Shown here piece by piece: positions 24,205 through 35,839 of a stretch of DNA of 64,000 nt; position 1 is the first letter of the stretch; every line of letters begins with the position of its first letter. The position numbers and the translations under genes were made by a program. The stretch is from Eledone cirrhosa. Taxonomy: Eukaryota. The notes beneath the pieces are model-generated. The model was given only the letters and a program-made list of their open reading frames with translations. It searched no databases and had not been told where the DNA came from. The stretch spans positions 51,708,001-51,772,000 of the forward strand of contig OZ024741.1 of NCBI GenBank assembly GCA_964016885.1, in the 5' to 3' direction.

Positions 24205-24470
24205 GACCCCGCCGAGGTTAACTTTGCCTTTCATGCTTACGGGGTCGATAAAATAAAGTACCAGTAATGCACTGGGATAATTGCTGGCCTTGTGCCAAAA
24301 GTAGAAACAATATTGTTTCTATATTTGACACAAGGCCAGCAATTTGTAGGGAAGGGGAAAGTCGATTAAATGGACCTCAGTGCATTACTGGTACTTTATT
24401 TTATCAACCCCATAAGGATGAAAGGCAAAAATACCTCAGTGGGATTTGAACTCAGAAATGGCCATAAGTC
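24205..24470. mobile_element. Two family-2 SINEs tail-to-tail
   Basis: Plus copy 24205-24310 and minus copy 24313-24470 meet at the palindrome AGAAACAATATTGTTTCT. Confidence 0.8.
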
Positions 24471-24512
24471 TATGCTACAATGCAGGGTGTCTGATGCAAT
24501 AATGAGAGATAG

Positions 24513-24543
<31 letters not shown>

Positions 24544-24960
24544 CTTCTTCTTCTTCTTCTTCTTCTTCTCCTCCTCCTCCTCCTCCTCCTCCTCCTCATT
24601 ATTCTCCTCCTCATTATTATTCTCCTTCTTCTTCTTTGCCCACTTATTCCTGCGAGGGTCATGGGGCAGAATCCTCAAACACTCCTTCCAGCGGATCCTG
24701 TCAGAAGCAATCATCACCAACTGATCCGGCTGGATCCCCAAGTGAGACCAGCCAAGCTCATGTATGTTATCCAACCATCTTGCTCAGGATGTACTGTTGG
24801 GTCTCCTCCTGGTTGGTTTTTCCCATAAAATCTGTCCAGTGATTCTTGCCTGAGACATTCTAACCCCATGCCCATAGTATCAGAGTTGTGATCTTTCATT
24901 ATCTCAATGACGAATATTTTTTACCTCGTTTCTTCAAGTTTGGACAGGTTTTGGCCTATT
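24513..24960 (-). mobile_element. RTE-like LINE 3' end with (GAA/GAG)n tail
   Basis: RQESLDRFYGKNQPGGDP...WMDNIHELGWSHLG; homologous to 3993-4150. Confidence 0.65.
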
Positions 24961-25645
24961 TTGACCTCAGGTAATCATAGACTTTATGGTATTTACCAAA
25001 GTAGGGATGAGAGAACCCATAAGTACATCTACAATAGTATAGACGGTGGCCCGCTTGAGGAAGGAGCCCGTGAGTTGGAGTGGCTGTTGCAGAGGGTATC
25101 TCTGAACATTCTCTTTTGCTGTTTTTGTCTGCAGGTCTGCAGGGTGCAGCACCGCTCCAACTGTGGTGTAGTGACTGTTCCCCCCCCTCTCCTTTTCCTT
25201 CACCACTTGATCCTTTTTTCTTTTTCTCCTTTTCATTTTCTTTTTTCTTCCTTTTTTGTTCCCTTTAATGGTGTGTTTTGTTTTTATTATACTGCTCAAT
25301 TATATTTATATAATGTCAATGGCCTTTTATGACATTGTGAGATTTTGAATATTGAATAAATTATAGTAGTATTGTTGTGAAAAAAAATAGTGTATACATA
25401 TTCAAAGGCCTCCATGTCCTGTGAGACTATGGATTTGCCTCTTGAAAGTTTCTTTCCAAAGCTCAGGCCTACACAAGGAGTTTTATGAAAGACCAGCAGG
25501 TCTTTTATTTTCATGGCACCAATGTTGTTAAAGAAAGGTAAGAGCTTTGGTAGCTTGATATCACTGTTGTTGCAGTGAGAATGCAGAGAGCAAAGGCATC
25601 ATGTCCAATAATCTAACAATGCCACCAATCCCCAACACTGGACTA

Positions 25646-25704
<59 letters not shown>

Positions 25705-25950
25705 AGCGCCCAACCCATGCTGTAAAGTGATCGTGTAGGCATCACGACAAAAAGAACCCAGTACTCACTGTAAATGAGCTTGGCACTAGGAAGGCTCAGC
25801 CAGCTATAGAAACCAAGCCAAAATCGGTTCTGTATGAGCATGACATTGTCCCCTGACCCAGTATTGTTCACAACAGGATAACTTGTCTAACCCATGTCAA
25901 CGTGGAAAAATCAACGTTAAACGGTGATAATGATGATGATGATGATATAT
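25705..25950 (+). mobile_element. SINE/RTE-tail fragment
   Basis: Homologous to 5050-5280; (GAT)n end. Confidence 0.75.
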
Positions 25951-25959
25951 ATATATATG

Positions 25960-26700
25960 TGAGAAAAAACAGCTAAGGTTGTATTCATCTAGATATTCTC
26001 TATCACAGGTAAGTCTGAAGAAGTTCCTCAGTGTCAACTCCTCGGAATATTACATCACTCACATTGATCATTTTCACACATTTCTCCACAGCAAAATCAA
26101 TGTTGATAGATGAGTATAAGGATACTACATCTATGTTGCCTGTTATGTAGTTCTTCAGGTCTTGGTTGCACTTGTTTATTTTGCTGAAGTGGTCCTCTGT
26201 GCTGTCACACACGTCTGGGGACATCTTGATTATGGGGTATATGATCATTAAGAGATCCTGTAGTTGCTGGCGATGTTTGCTCCACAGACGAATCTTGTTG
26301 GTGGTTCTGCCATGGGACTGGTGGTTATTTTATGATCCTTGCGGAGTCCATACAGTGCTAGGATGTCATTATTTGAGGCTTGGAAATTGTTGGCCGTGCG
26401 CTTTCTTGGTCCTAGGATGTCAGACCACATCATCATATGCGCTTTGAGGAGTTTTTATCTCTCGTCATGTGCTTATGGTGTTGTTTCACTCATGTTTGGT
26501 GATGTGAGGTTGCATTGTTTGGATATATTTTGGCAGGATGTGTATTGACATTCTGCCAGATTTATCTGTGGAGAAACACACAATCTCTCCATTCCTTGTG
26601 CATTGTATGAGTTTATGTAGGCCTGCTGTGGATTTATTACCAAGTTGTGCCTCCGTCCGATTTTGTCTCCTAATGTATTGTTCTAGAATCTGTCAGAGTT
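25960..26700 (-). mobile_element. Penelope-like element reverse transcriptase fragment
   Basis: LYGLRKDHK...PTRFVC and NIDVVSLYSSINID match the PLE RT motifs YGLxKxHK/PxRP and DVxSLYxSI. Confidence 0.78.
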
Positions 26701-26827
26701 TGTCTTAGCTACAGTGAATTGTGCTTCTGTTTGGTCTTCTGTTTTTAGTGGGATATGAACCCGCTTATTAAATGGTAAGTTTGTGAGGTAAATGCGATTC
26801 ATATCATATGTATTGTCAGTGGGATTA

Positions 26828-27678
26828 AACAAGGAAGGACTAGTTATATCAACAAGGAAGGGCTAGTTATATCAACAAGGAAAGACTAATGATATCAACA
26901 AGGAAGGACTAATGATATCAACAAGGAAGGACTAGTGATATCAACATGGAAGGACTAATGATTGTTTCTACTTTAGGCACAAGGCCAGCAATTACCCAGT
27001 ACATTACTGGTACTTTATTTTACCGACCCCGTAAGGATGAAAGGCAAAGTTAACCTCGGCGGGATTTGAACGCAGAATGTAAAGGGACGTAACTATGCTA
27101 GAAAGCATGGCGTCCAACCCTCTACCGATACTGCCAATTCACCGCCCTTCCGTCAAGGAAGGACTAATGATATCAACAAGGAAGGACTAATGATATCAAC
27201 AAGGAAGGTCTAGTGATATCAACAAGGAAGGACTAGTGATATCAACAAGGAAGGACTAGTGATATCAACAAGGAAGGATTAATGATATCAACAAGGAAGA
27301 ACTAGTGATATCAACAAGGAAGGACTAGTGATATCAACAAGGAAGGATTAATGATATCAACTAGGAAGGACTAGTGATAGCAACAAGGAAGGACTAATGA
27401 TATCAACAAGGAAGGACTAGTGATATCAACAAGGAAGGACTAATGATATCAACAAGGAAGGACTAGTGATATCAACAAGGAAGGATTAATGATATCAACT
27501 AGGAAGGACTAGTGATATCAACAAGGAAGGACTAATGATATCAACAAGGAAGGACTAGTGATATCAACAAGGAAGAACTTGTGATATCAACAAGGAAGGA
27601 CTAGTGATATCAACAAGGAAGAACTAGTGATATCAACAAGGAAGGACTAGTGATATCAACAAGGAAGGACTAGTGATA
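26828..27678. repeat. 23-bp minisatellite (AACAAGGAAGGACTAGTGATATC) interrupted by a SINE
   Basis: Direct tandem copies over 26828-26960 and 27153-27678. Confidence 0.95.
26962..27148 (-). mobile_element. Full-length family-2 tRNA-SINE inserted in the 23-bp array
   Basis: Reverse complement nearly identical to 27940-28124. Confidence 0.9.
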
Positions 27679-27939
27679 GTGAATAGCTTAGATATAGTTG
27701 ACTGCACTGAACTGTTTGAACCGAGACAACTGACTTTTAACTTCAACAAACTTGCCTCAAATGGGACAAACCTGTCTAACCCATGCTTGCATGGAAGATA
27801 GACGTTAAATAACGATGATGATGATGGTGATGCTGATGATGATATATGTAGCAATATCTGTAGATGTGTAAAGGAAAAAGGAAAACAATGCTCAATCAGG
27901 AAGAGAGCAGAAATATATCATATTATTTATTTATGTTCA

Positions 27940-28124
27940 GGGCGGTGGATTGGCAGTATCGGTAGAGGGTCGGACGCCATGCTTTCTAGCATAGTTACGT
28001 CCCTTTACAGTCTGAGTTCAAATCCCGCCGAGGTTAACTTTGCCTTTCATCCTTACGGGGTCGATAAAATAAAGTACCAGTAATGTACTGGGTAATTGCT
28101 GGCCTTGTGCCTAAAGTATAAACA
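27940..28124 (+). mobile_element. Full-length family-2 tRNA-SINE with 18-bp target-site duplication
   Basis: GGGCGGTGGATTGGCAGTATCGG (A box), GAGTTCAAATCC (B box); TSD ATTATTTATTTATGTTCA at 27922-27939 and 28125-28142. Confidence 0.92.
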
Positions 28125-28177
28125 ATTATTTATTTATGTTCATACATAGAACATAAATAATTAAAATAATATATATT

Positions 28178-28283
28178 AATTGTTTCTATTTTAGGCACAA
28201 GGCCAGCAATTATCCAGTGCATTACTGGTACTTTATTTTATCGACCCCGTAAGGATGAAAGGCAAAGTCAACCTCGGCGGGAT
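28178..28283 (-). mobile_element. 5'-truncated family-2 SINE, inverted relative to 27940-28124
   Basis: Reverse complement of 28024-28124. Confidence 0.85.
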
Positions 28284-29067
28284 TATATTAATATATATTA
28301 ATTAGGTAACTCAGTGTAAAACTTGAACACTCTAGTTCTTTTGTGTTTGGATTGTAAATACAGACACATATAGCTGCTGCAGAGATGGTATAGGTGTTTT
28401 TTTTTTTTTTATAATACTGAGAGATTGATGTTAAATATCTTTAATACTTCTATAAGAAGCGAGATGGCTGTGAGACATACAGTTAATCAAGCAGAGTTAG
28501 GTCAAAGCTCTTCCAACTGTCCATCACATCTTGTTTCATGTATTTGGGACTACATTATTCTTTTTAGAAGTCAGTAGGGTGGGATTTATGAGAGATTTGG
28601 CTGCTATTTCTAGAAGGTATGAATAATGTGTGTTGTTTGATGGACTTGGGTGAAAATAGTATACAACTTGTTAGTTAAAAAGAGCAGAGGCTGTTGTGTT
28701 AGAAAAGAGAGGGGAAGACACTTGTTCAAGCTCCTACCTTGTGAGTGGGAATCTGAAACCACGTGGTGGGCCAAAGATTGGAAAGGAATGAAGCTTGCAA
28801 TCTCTGATGGATATGTAATAGTAATATATATAAATGAACTGAGAGAGAAACTAGGTATAAGAGGAATCAGATGCAGTGTGCTTAAGACATTTGCTGCACA
28901 AGCATGTGGTTTTGAGTTTGATCTCACACCAGGAATTGTCTTATATCATAGTCTTGGGTCATTCCAATCCTTGTGAGGTAAATTAGATAAATGGAAACTG
29001 TGGAATTCTGTCAGAGGGACCATTCCTATATTCTTGGACGATTGACTTAGTTTGTCACCCAGTTTAA

Positions 29068-29623
29068 CCCTTTAGCATTTAAACCAGCCATATCTGGCCA
29101 GAATTCTCTCACCACTTTCTGTTCAAACTGACTGTAACTGGCTGCTCATACTGACGTTAAGGTATTATTCTCAAAATAAATAACATCAAAATCTTGTAGA
29201 GTCGATATTATGTGCGATATGGAGGCACATGGCTTAGTGGTCAGAGCATTGGCCTTGCAATCGAAAGGTTGTGAGTTCAATTCTCAGACCGGGTGATGTG
29301 TTGTTTCCTTGAGCAAGACACTTTATTTCACATTGCTCCAGTTTACTCAGCTGTAGAAATGAAATGATAGGGACTGGGGTCCCTATAAAATGGTCGTGGA
29401 GGTGCCACGACAAAAAAGCACCCAGCACTTACTGTAAATGAGGTTGGTGTTAGGAAGGGTATCCAGCTGTAGAAATCAAGCCAGAATCAGTTCCAGTCCC
29501 ACCCTTGCAAGCAGGGAAAAAGCTCACGTAAAATGAAAATGATGATGATGATGAATTCTGTGAGGTAAAGCCTTTATCATGAAAATACAATAGTAAATAT
29601 AGAGTAATGTAAATGCTAAAGGA
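29068..29623. mobile_element. piggyBac-like MITE carrying a nested SINE
   Basis: TTAA|CCCTTTAGCATTTA ... TAAATGCTAAAGGA|TTAA. Confidence 0.7.
29221..29553 (+). mobile_element. CORE-type tRNA-SINE with RTE tail
   Basis: Close homologue of 7785-8130; TGGCTTAGTGG A box, GAGTTCAATTC B box, (GAT)n tail. Confidence 0.9.
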
Positions 29624-29907
29624 TTAACACTACCATTTGTCTTTTGGGTGTTTTTAACAGTCTACTTTGTTGCAAGTATTCAAGGCCATGTCTCTGATTT
29701 GAGGCTAACTTCCTCCCATCTTCTTACCAATCTTAGATGACTTGAAAAAAGGATGCTACTCTACCACCCCTGACTAAACCACTAAACCCCCCAGAAACAT
29801 TATGTTAAAATTAGACAAGTGATGGGTGAAAACTCCCCAAATAAGAGAGACCCAGGACAAGATTTGTCTCAGTACAATGTCCCCTTATATTTCACAAGGT
29901 TACTAAC

Positions 29908-29915
29908 CTGTACAT
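29908..29915 (-). CDS. Animal heme peroxidase, putative first coding exon (ATG TAC AG)
   Basis: Minus strand reads GCA ATG TAC AG|gttagta. The phase-2 donor joins the phase-2 signal-peptide exon to give MYS-IQLVYG. Only 8 coding nt, so support rests on phase match, donor site and signal-peptide logic. Confidence 0.65.
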
Positions 29916-30044
29916 TGCTGATGAAGGATTAGATGTTGCTGGAGTAATTGTTGAAATAAGTCCTCTGTTTGTTGTGGACGACAGAATTGGTTGAACCACT
30001 ACTGACTGTGAGACAGCCTGTTATGGTGGTGGGTTTCTTGTCAC

Positions 30045-30345
30045 AGATGGTGTTGAGTGGTGTTGGATGGTGGTGGTGGTGGCAGTAGTAACATGGTGGT
30101 AGCAGTGGTGGTGGCAGTAGTAACATGGTGGTGGTGGTGGTGGTGGCAGTAGTAACAGGGTGGTGGTGGTGGTGGTGGCAGTAGTAACATGGTGGTGGTG
30201 GCATAGTGATTGTGGTGTTGTTGTTGTTGGTCGTGGTGGCAATAGCAACATGGTGGCATGATGGTGTGTGTGTGTGTGCATGTGCGTGTGTATGTGTGTG
30301 TGTGTGCGTGTGCATGCGTATGCATATGTGTGCGTGTGCGTGCGG
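30045..30345. repeat. Degenerate (GGT)n / (GT)n low-complexity tract
   Basis: GGTGGTGGCAGTAGTAACAT reiterations followed by (TG)n. Confidence 0.85.
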
Positions 30346-31222
30346 TGACATATTCTTTACATGTTCATGTTGTATCAAATAAACCTATGACCAAACGTAT
30401 TCCAGTCATGGACCGATTACTGAATAGTAATAGTTTTCTTTATGGTGTCAAAAGTAATATCATCCCAGTCCTTATAACCATCCCAGTCCTACCAGACTGG
30501 GTGATGTTCAGTTTCAAGATTGAAAAGAAATAAAATCTGTAGAAAAATCATGCTAGAAATAGCAGCTAAATCTCCTTAAAAACACACTTAATGCTAGAAA
30601 TAGCAGCCAAATCACTTCAAACCACACCTATTGCTAGAAATAGCAGCCAAATACCCTTCAAGCTACAGCTATTGCAAAGAATAGCAGCCAAATCACCTTC
30701 AAACCACACCTATTGCTAGAAAAAGCAGCCAAATCTCCTTCAAACTACACCTGTTGCAAGAAATAGCATCCAAATCCCCTTCAAAACACACTTATTGCCA
30801 GAAATAGCAGCCAAATCCCATTCAAAATCACCTATTGTTAGAAATAGCAGGCAAATACCCTTCAAACTACACCTATTGCAACAAATAGCAGCTAAATCCC
30901 TTTCAAAACACGTCTATCGCCAGAAATAGCAGCCAAATCCCATTCAAAATCACCTATTGTTAGAAATAGCAGCCAAATCTCCTTCAAACTACAACTATTG
31001 TGAGAAATATCAGCCAAATACCCATCAAAATCACCTATTGCAAGAAATAGCGGCCAAACACCCTTCAAACCACACCTATTGCTAAAAATAGTAAGCAAAC
31101 ACCTTTCAAACTACACTTATTGGAAAAAATAGCAGCCTATTGCTAGAAATAGCAGTCAAATCCCCTTCAAACCACACCTATTGCTAAAAGTAGCAGCTAA
31201 ATCCCCTTAAAAATTCACCTAT

Positions 31223-31912
31223 TCAAGAAGGCCGAGGGTGTCTTGGCATCACTCAGCAAGACCTTTGTTAGCCACTCTCCAGCCATCTATTTAAAACTGT
31301 ATACAGCTATGGTACGACCACACTTGGAATTCGCATCATCAGTCTGGAACCCCTATCTTGCTCAGAACATTGACCTCCTGGAAACTGTTCAGAGATGTGC
31401 AACCAAGCGCATACCCTCCATCAAACAACTACCATACTCTGAACGCCTTGCTTCCCTGGGCATGGATTCATTGAAGCTCCGACGTCTGGCAATGGACTTG
31501 GTAAACATCCACAAAGTTATTAACCATCTTGCCAACAACAACCCTGAGCACCTTTTTGATCTCCATGTGTCTAACACACGTGGGCATGCCTACAAAGTTA
31601 GAAAACAGCACAGCTCCCATGACTTTTGTAAACATTTTTTCACGCTCAGAGTTGCTGAAGCATGGAACAAACTACCTGCATCAGTTGTTAGCTGCTGAGG
31701 CACTGCATCCTTTAAAACACTCATGCTTCCCGAAATACGCCAAAACTACACCTGATGTACCCCTTCCATACACATGCACACATGTGTATATCATGACTCA
31801 TGCACTGTTCATTTTCCTGACGTTTGTACATTACCCTATGTACTATACATACACTTTTTGATGAGTTGTAGTGCACCTGAGCACTGTACACAATATTTCA
31901 TTATTATTATTA
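31223..31912 (+). mobile_element. 5'-truncated CR1-type LINE
   Basis: LYTAMVRPHLEFASSVWNPY...RGHAYK...FFTLRV..AWNKLP; (ATT)n tail; same family as 34922-35600. Confidence 0.93.
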
Positions 31913-32319
31913 TAAAAAGCAGCCAAATCCTCATCAAAATCACCTATTGCTAGAAATAGCAGCTAAATCTCCTTCAAACAACACCTATTGTAAAAAATAG
32001 CAGCCTACTCATAGAAGTAACAGCCAAATCCTCTTCAAAACTCACCTATTGCTAAAATTAATAACAAAATCTCTTTCAAAACACTACTATTGCTAGAAAT
32101 AGCTGCCAAATACCCTTCAAAACACACCTATTGCTAGAAATAGCAACCAAATCTCCTTCAAACCACATATTACTAAAAATAGCACCCAAATCTCCTTTAA
32201 ATCAAATCTATTGTTAGAATTAGCAGCCAAATCTCGTTCAAACTTCAATAAAAAAAACTGAAAAAACTCTGGGAAACTAAATCAGAACAACCTACCATCC
32301 CCTGCACATAATCATATAC

Positions 32320-35300
32320 TGGAATCAAGGTACAAATTGTTGTCCTTGAATGCACGTAGTCTATGCAATAAGATTTGTAGCGGTTGTCTCCCTTGTTTTG
32401 ATTGGGATCTAGACGGGAAGTGGAACCCTTTCTCAAACTTCCGGTCAGAGCCCTATAAAACTAACAACTTTAAGCTTCCTCTCTCTCTTTGCCTTTTCGG
32501 CACCAGGTCAAGAGTCTTCTCATTTGGCTCTGCCATTAATTTGGCCAACAGGCGCCTGGCCTTAGCCAGGCGCCCTCTGCCAGCCGCGTTTGCCTGGCAA
32601 TCAAAACGGTAACTACTAACTTTGTTTCATTCTAACATCTATCTTTGACATGTCAAGTATTCTATCTACCGTTAATTAAATATTATATACACAAACATTG
32701 TCTCGTTTTGTTACATTCATACAACCAGTAATCTCGCTATAGATTCATCTTTTTGACTCCTACGTCAAAAGTATCAACCCTGACTTTATTACAGTCATGG
32801 AAACTTGGGCACATCCCTTACTCTGTGATGGGGTTTTCAGCATAACTGGCTACAACCTGTTTCGTAAAGACTGCATTAATCGTGGTGGTGGTGGTGTAAT
32901 GGTCTACGTTCGGTCAATTTTGTCAACAATTCTTTGTGTTGATTTGAACCAATCACAGCAGGAAGTTTTTTTCTGCGATGTACGTATGACCATGTCAACA
33001 CTGCTACTTGGAGTCGTTTACCGCCCCCCAAATTATCACCAGGGCACTCAACTTTGTGATATCCTCAGAGCTGCTGCCAGGAAAACAGCCACTTATGTTT
33101 TTATTGCAGGAGACTTCAATCACTCTGAGATTGACTGGGAAACCTTTCGTTGGCCGCCAAGTGCAAATGACTTCCTTGAGCTAGTGCTGGACTCGAACTA
33201 ATCCCAAGTAGTCACCTCCCCAACAAGAGGTGACAACACTTTGGACCTACTCTTCACCACTACTCCTGAAACGGTTATTAGTGTTACTACTGAGGAACCT
33301 TTAGGTGACTCTGATCATGCTATGATAATTGCCAATCCCTCATGGGCAGTAACAAGAACCACAACCATCTCCAAACTGTTCACTTTGACTGGAATAAAGC
33401 AGACTGGAACTGTTACTGCACCAAGTTGCAACGTCCAAACTGGCTTGAGTTCTACCACTCTGGAGATGTCAACACTGTACTCCAGAACATCCTGAGTTCA
33501 ATATGGATAGCATGTGCAGCATCGGTGCCATGTAAGCGGAAAAAAACATCCCAAAAGTGCAATTTGGGAGACTGCAGCAGTCCGTCTTGCCAGAAAAGAA
33601 CGGCGCAATGCTGAATGTGAGTACAAACTGCACAAATCAGACATTAATAGGAAGAGGTGAAATAGATCGTCCAATCACCTCAAACAGGTGACAAAAAAGG
33701 CAGTGCTTCAATTTGAGCAGTACATAGCAACCAGCCCTGACAGTAAGCTGTTTTGGAAGTATGTTCACTCAAAGCAGAGGCCTCACTCTCCAGTTGGTCC
33801 TCTTCACAATCCCCACACAAGCCAGGTTACTGACGACTCCAAGGAATGCGCAGAGCTCATTGCTGAATGCTATGCAGGCATTTTCACTATTTAAGACCAG
33901 AGTGTACCGTCTCCACCACCTATGACACCGGATTCTATTACAACCATGGAATTTACACCTGCAATGCTGTGACGTCACCTAAAATATAAACACAACCATG
34001 CCTCTCCTGGTCTTGATGGTGTTACGTACCTGCTTCTTAAACGTGGTGGGTACTTCCTTCTGCACCAGCTATCACACTTCTTCCAATTCTGTCTGACAAC
34101 GGTACTACTCCAGAACAGTGGAAAACTGCCAGTGTCATTCCTCTGTTCAAAAAGGGTGACCGCACATCACCTGTGAACTATTGTCCAGTCAGTCTTACTA
34201 GTTGCATTGCCAAACTTATGGAATCCTGTGTCAGAGAAACACTTTGGAACTTCTGGAAGTCTCACAGTCTTATCCGGCTCTCGCAATTTGGATTTATCCC
34301 CAACTCCAGCTGCTGTGATCAACTTATCGAGTTTCTTGAAGACATCACCTGGATCACTGATGGCGGCTCATGGATGGATGTTGTTTACCTTGACTTTGCG
34401 AAAGCTTTCAATTCTTTGCCACACAAAAGGCTTATGGCAAATGGGTGTGAAGGATGATCTTTTTAACTGGTTGAAGTCCTTCATTCTCAGTCGAAGAGAG
34501 GTAGTCACGGTTCTGGGACAGCATTCCTCACCATATGAGATGCCATCTGGTGTACCACAGGGATCTGTTCTTGGCCCCCTTTTGTTTATGGCATATATTA
34601 ATGACATAGATGCCAACTTAAAGAATGCCACAGTACTAAAGTACGCAGATGACATTAAGCTGTACCTTGAGATAAAAAGGACAGATCCTGAACACTATAG
34701 ATCTTGCTTGCAGTCTGACCTGGACACAATGCAACAATGGATCTCAGACTGGCAACTCAAGCTAACTGTGGACAAGTGCACCACCATGCATTTTGGGAGT
34801 AAAAACCCAGCGTCCACATACTCCCTCTACAGCACTAATATCAAGAAGTCTTCTTGTGAACGTGACCTGGGCATTACGGTCAGCAGCGATTTGCATTGGA
34901 CGAAGCACATCTCTAAAATTATCAAGAAGGCCGAGGGTGTCTTAGCATCACTCAGCAAGACCTTTGTCAGCCGCTCTCCAGCTATCTATTTAAAGCTGTA
35001 TATAGCTATGGTGCGGCCACACTTAGAATTTGCATCACCAGCCTGGAACCCCTATCTTGCTCAGAACATTGACCGCCTGGAAACTATTCAGAGACGTGCA
35101 ACCAAGCGAATACCCTCCATCAGGAATCTACCATACTCTGAACGCCTTGCTTCCCTGGGCATGGATACATTGAAGCTCCGACGCCTGGCAACTGACTTGG
35201 GTAACACCCACAAAATTGTTAACCATCTTGCCAACAACAACCCTGAGTACCTTTTTGATTTCCATGTGTCTAACACACGTGAGCATGCGTACAAAGTCAG

Positions 35301-35608
35301 AAAACAGCACAGTTCCCATGACTTTCGGAAACATTTTTTCATGCTCAGAGTTGCTGAAACATGGAACAAACTACCTGCGTCAGTTGTTAGCTGCCGAGAC
35401 ACTGCATCCTTAAAAACCTCTATGCTTCCCGAGATTCGCCAACACTACACCTAATGTTCCCCCTCCATACACATACACACATGTATATCATGACTCATAC
35501 ACTATTCACTTCCCTGACATTTGTATATTATTCTATACAAATGACGAGTTGTAATGCACCTGAGCACTTCATACAATAATTTCATTATTATTATTATCAT
35601 TATTATTA
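32320..35608 (+). pseudogene. CR1-type LINE, nearly complete ORF2 (APE + RT), disrupted
   Basis: SLNARSLCNKI, ETW, GGGVMVYV, VYRPP, AGDFN, LDL, SDH (APE); PVSLTS, QFGF, YLDFAKAF, SGVPQGSVLGPLLF, YADD (RT); several stops and frameshifts; (ATT)n tail. Confidence 0.93.
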
Positions 35609-35839
35609 TATTTCTAGAAATAGTAGTCAAATACCCTGCAAACCACACCTATTGCTAGAAATAGGAACCAGATCCCCTTAAAAAACCTATTGCTAGAAAT
35701 AGCAGCCAAACACTCTTTAAAGCACACCTATTGTTAAAATAACAGCCAAATCTTCTTTAAAACACATATTGCAAGAAATAGCAGCGAAATCATCTTCAAG
35801 CAACAACTATTGCAAGAAATAGCAGCCTATTGCTAGAAA

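Noticed and set aside
34207-35454. 415-aa ORF as an active reverse transcriptase
   Set aside because: It is the frameshifted C-terminal part of a CR1 ORF2 with upstream stops and an insertion.
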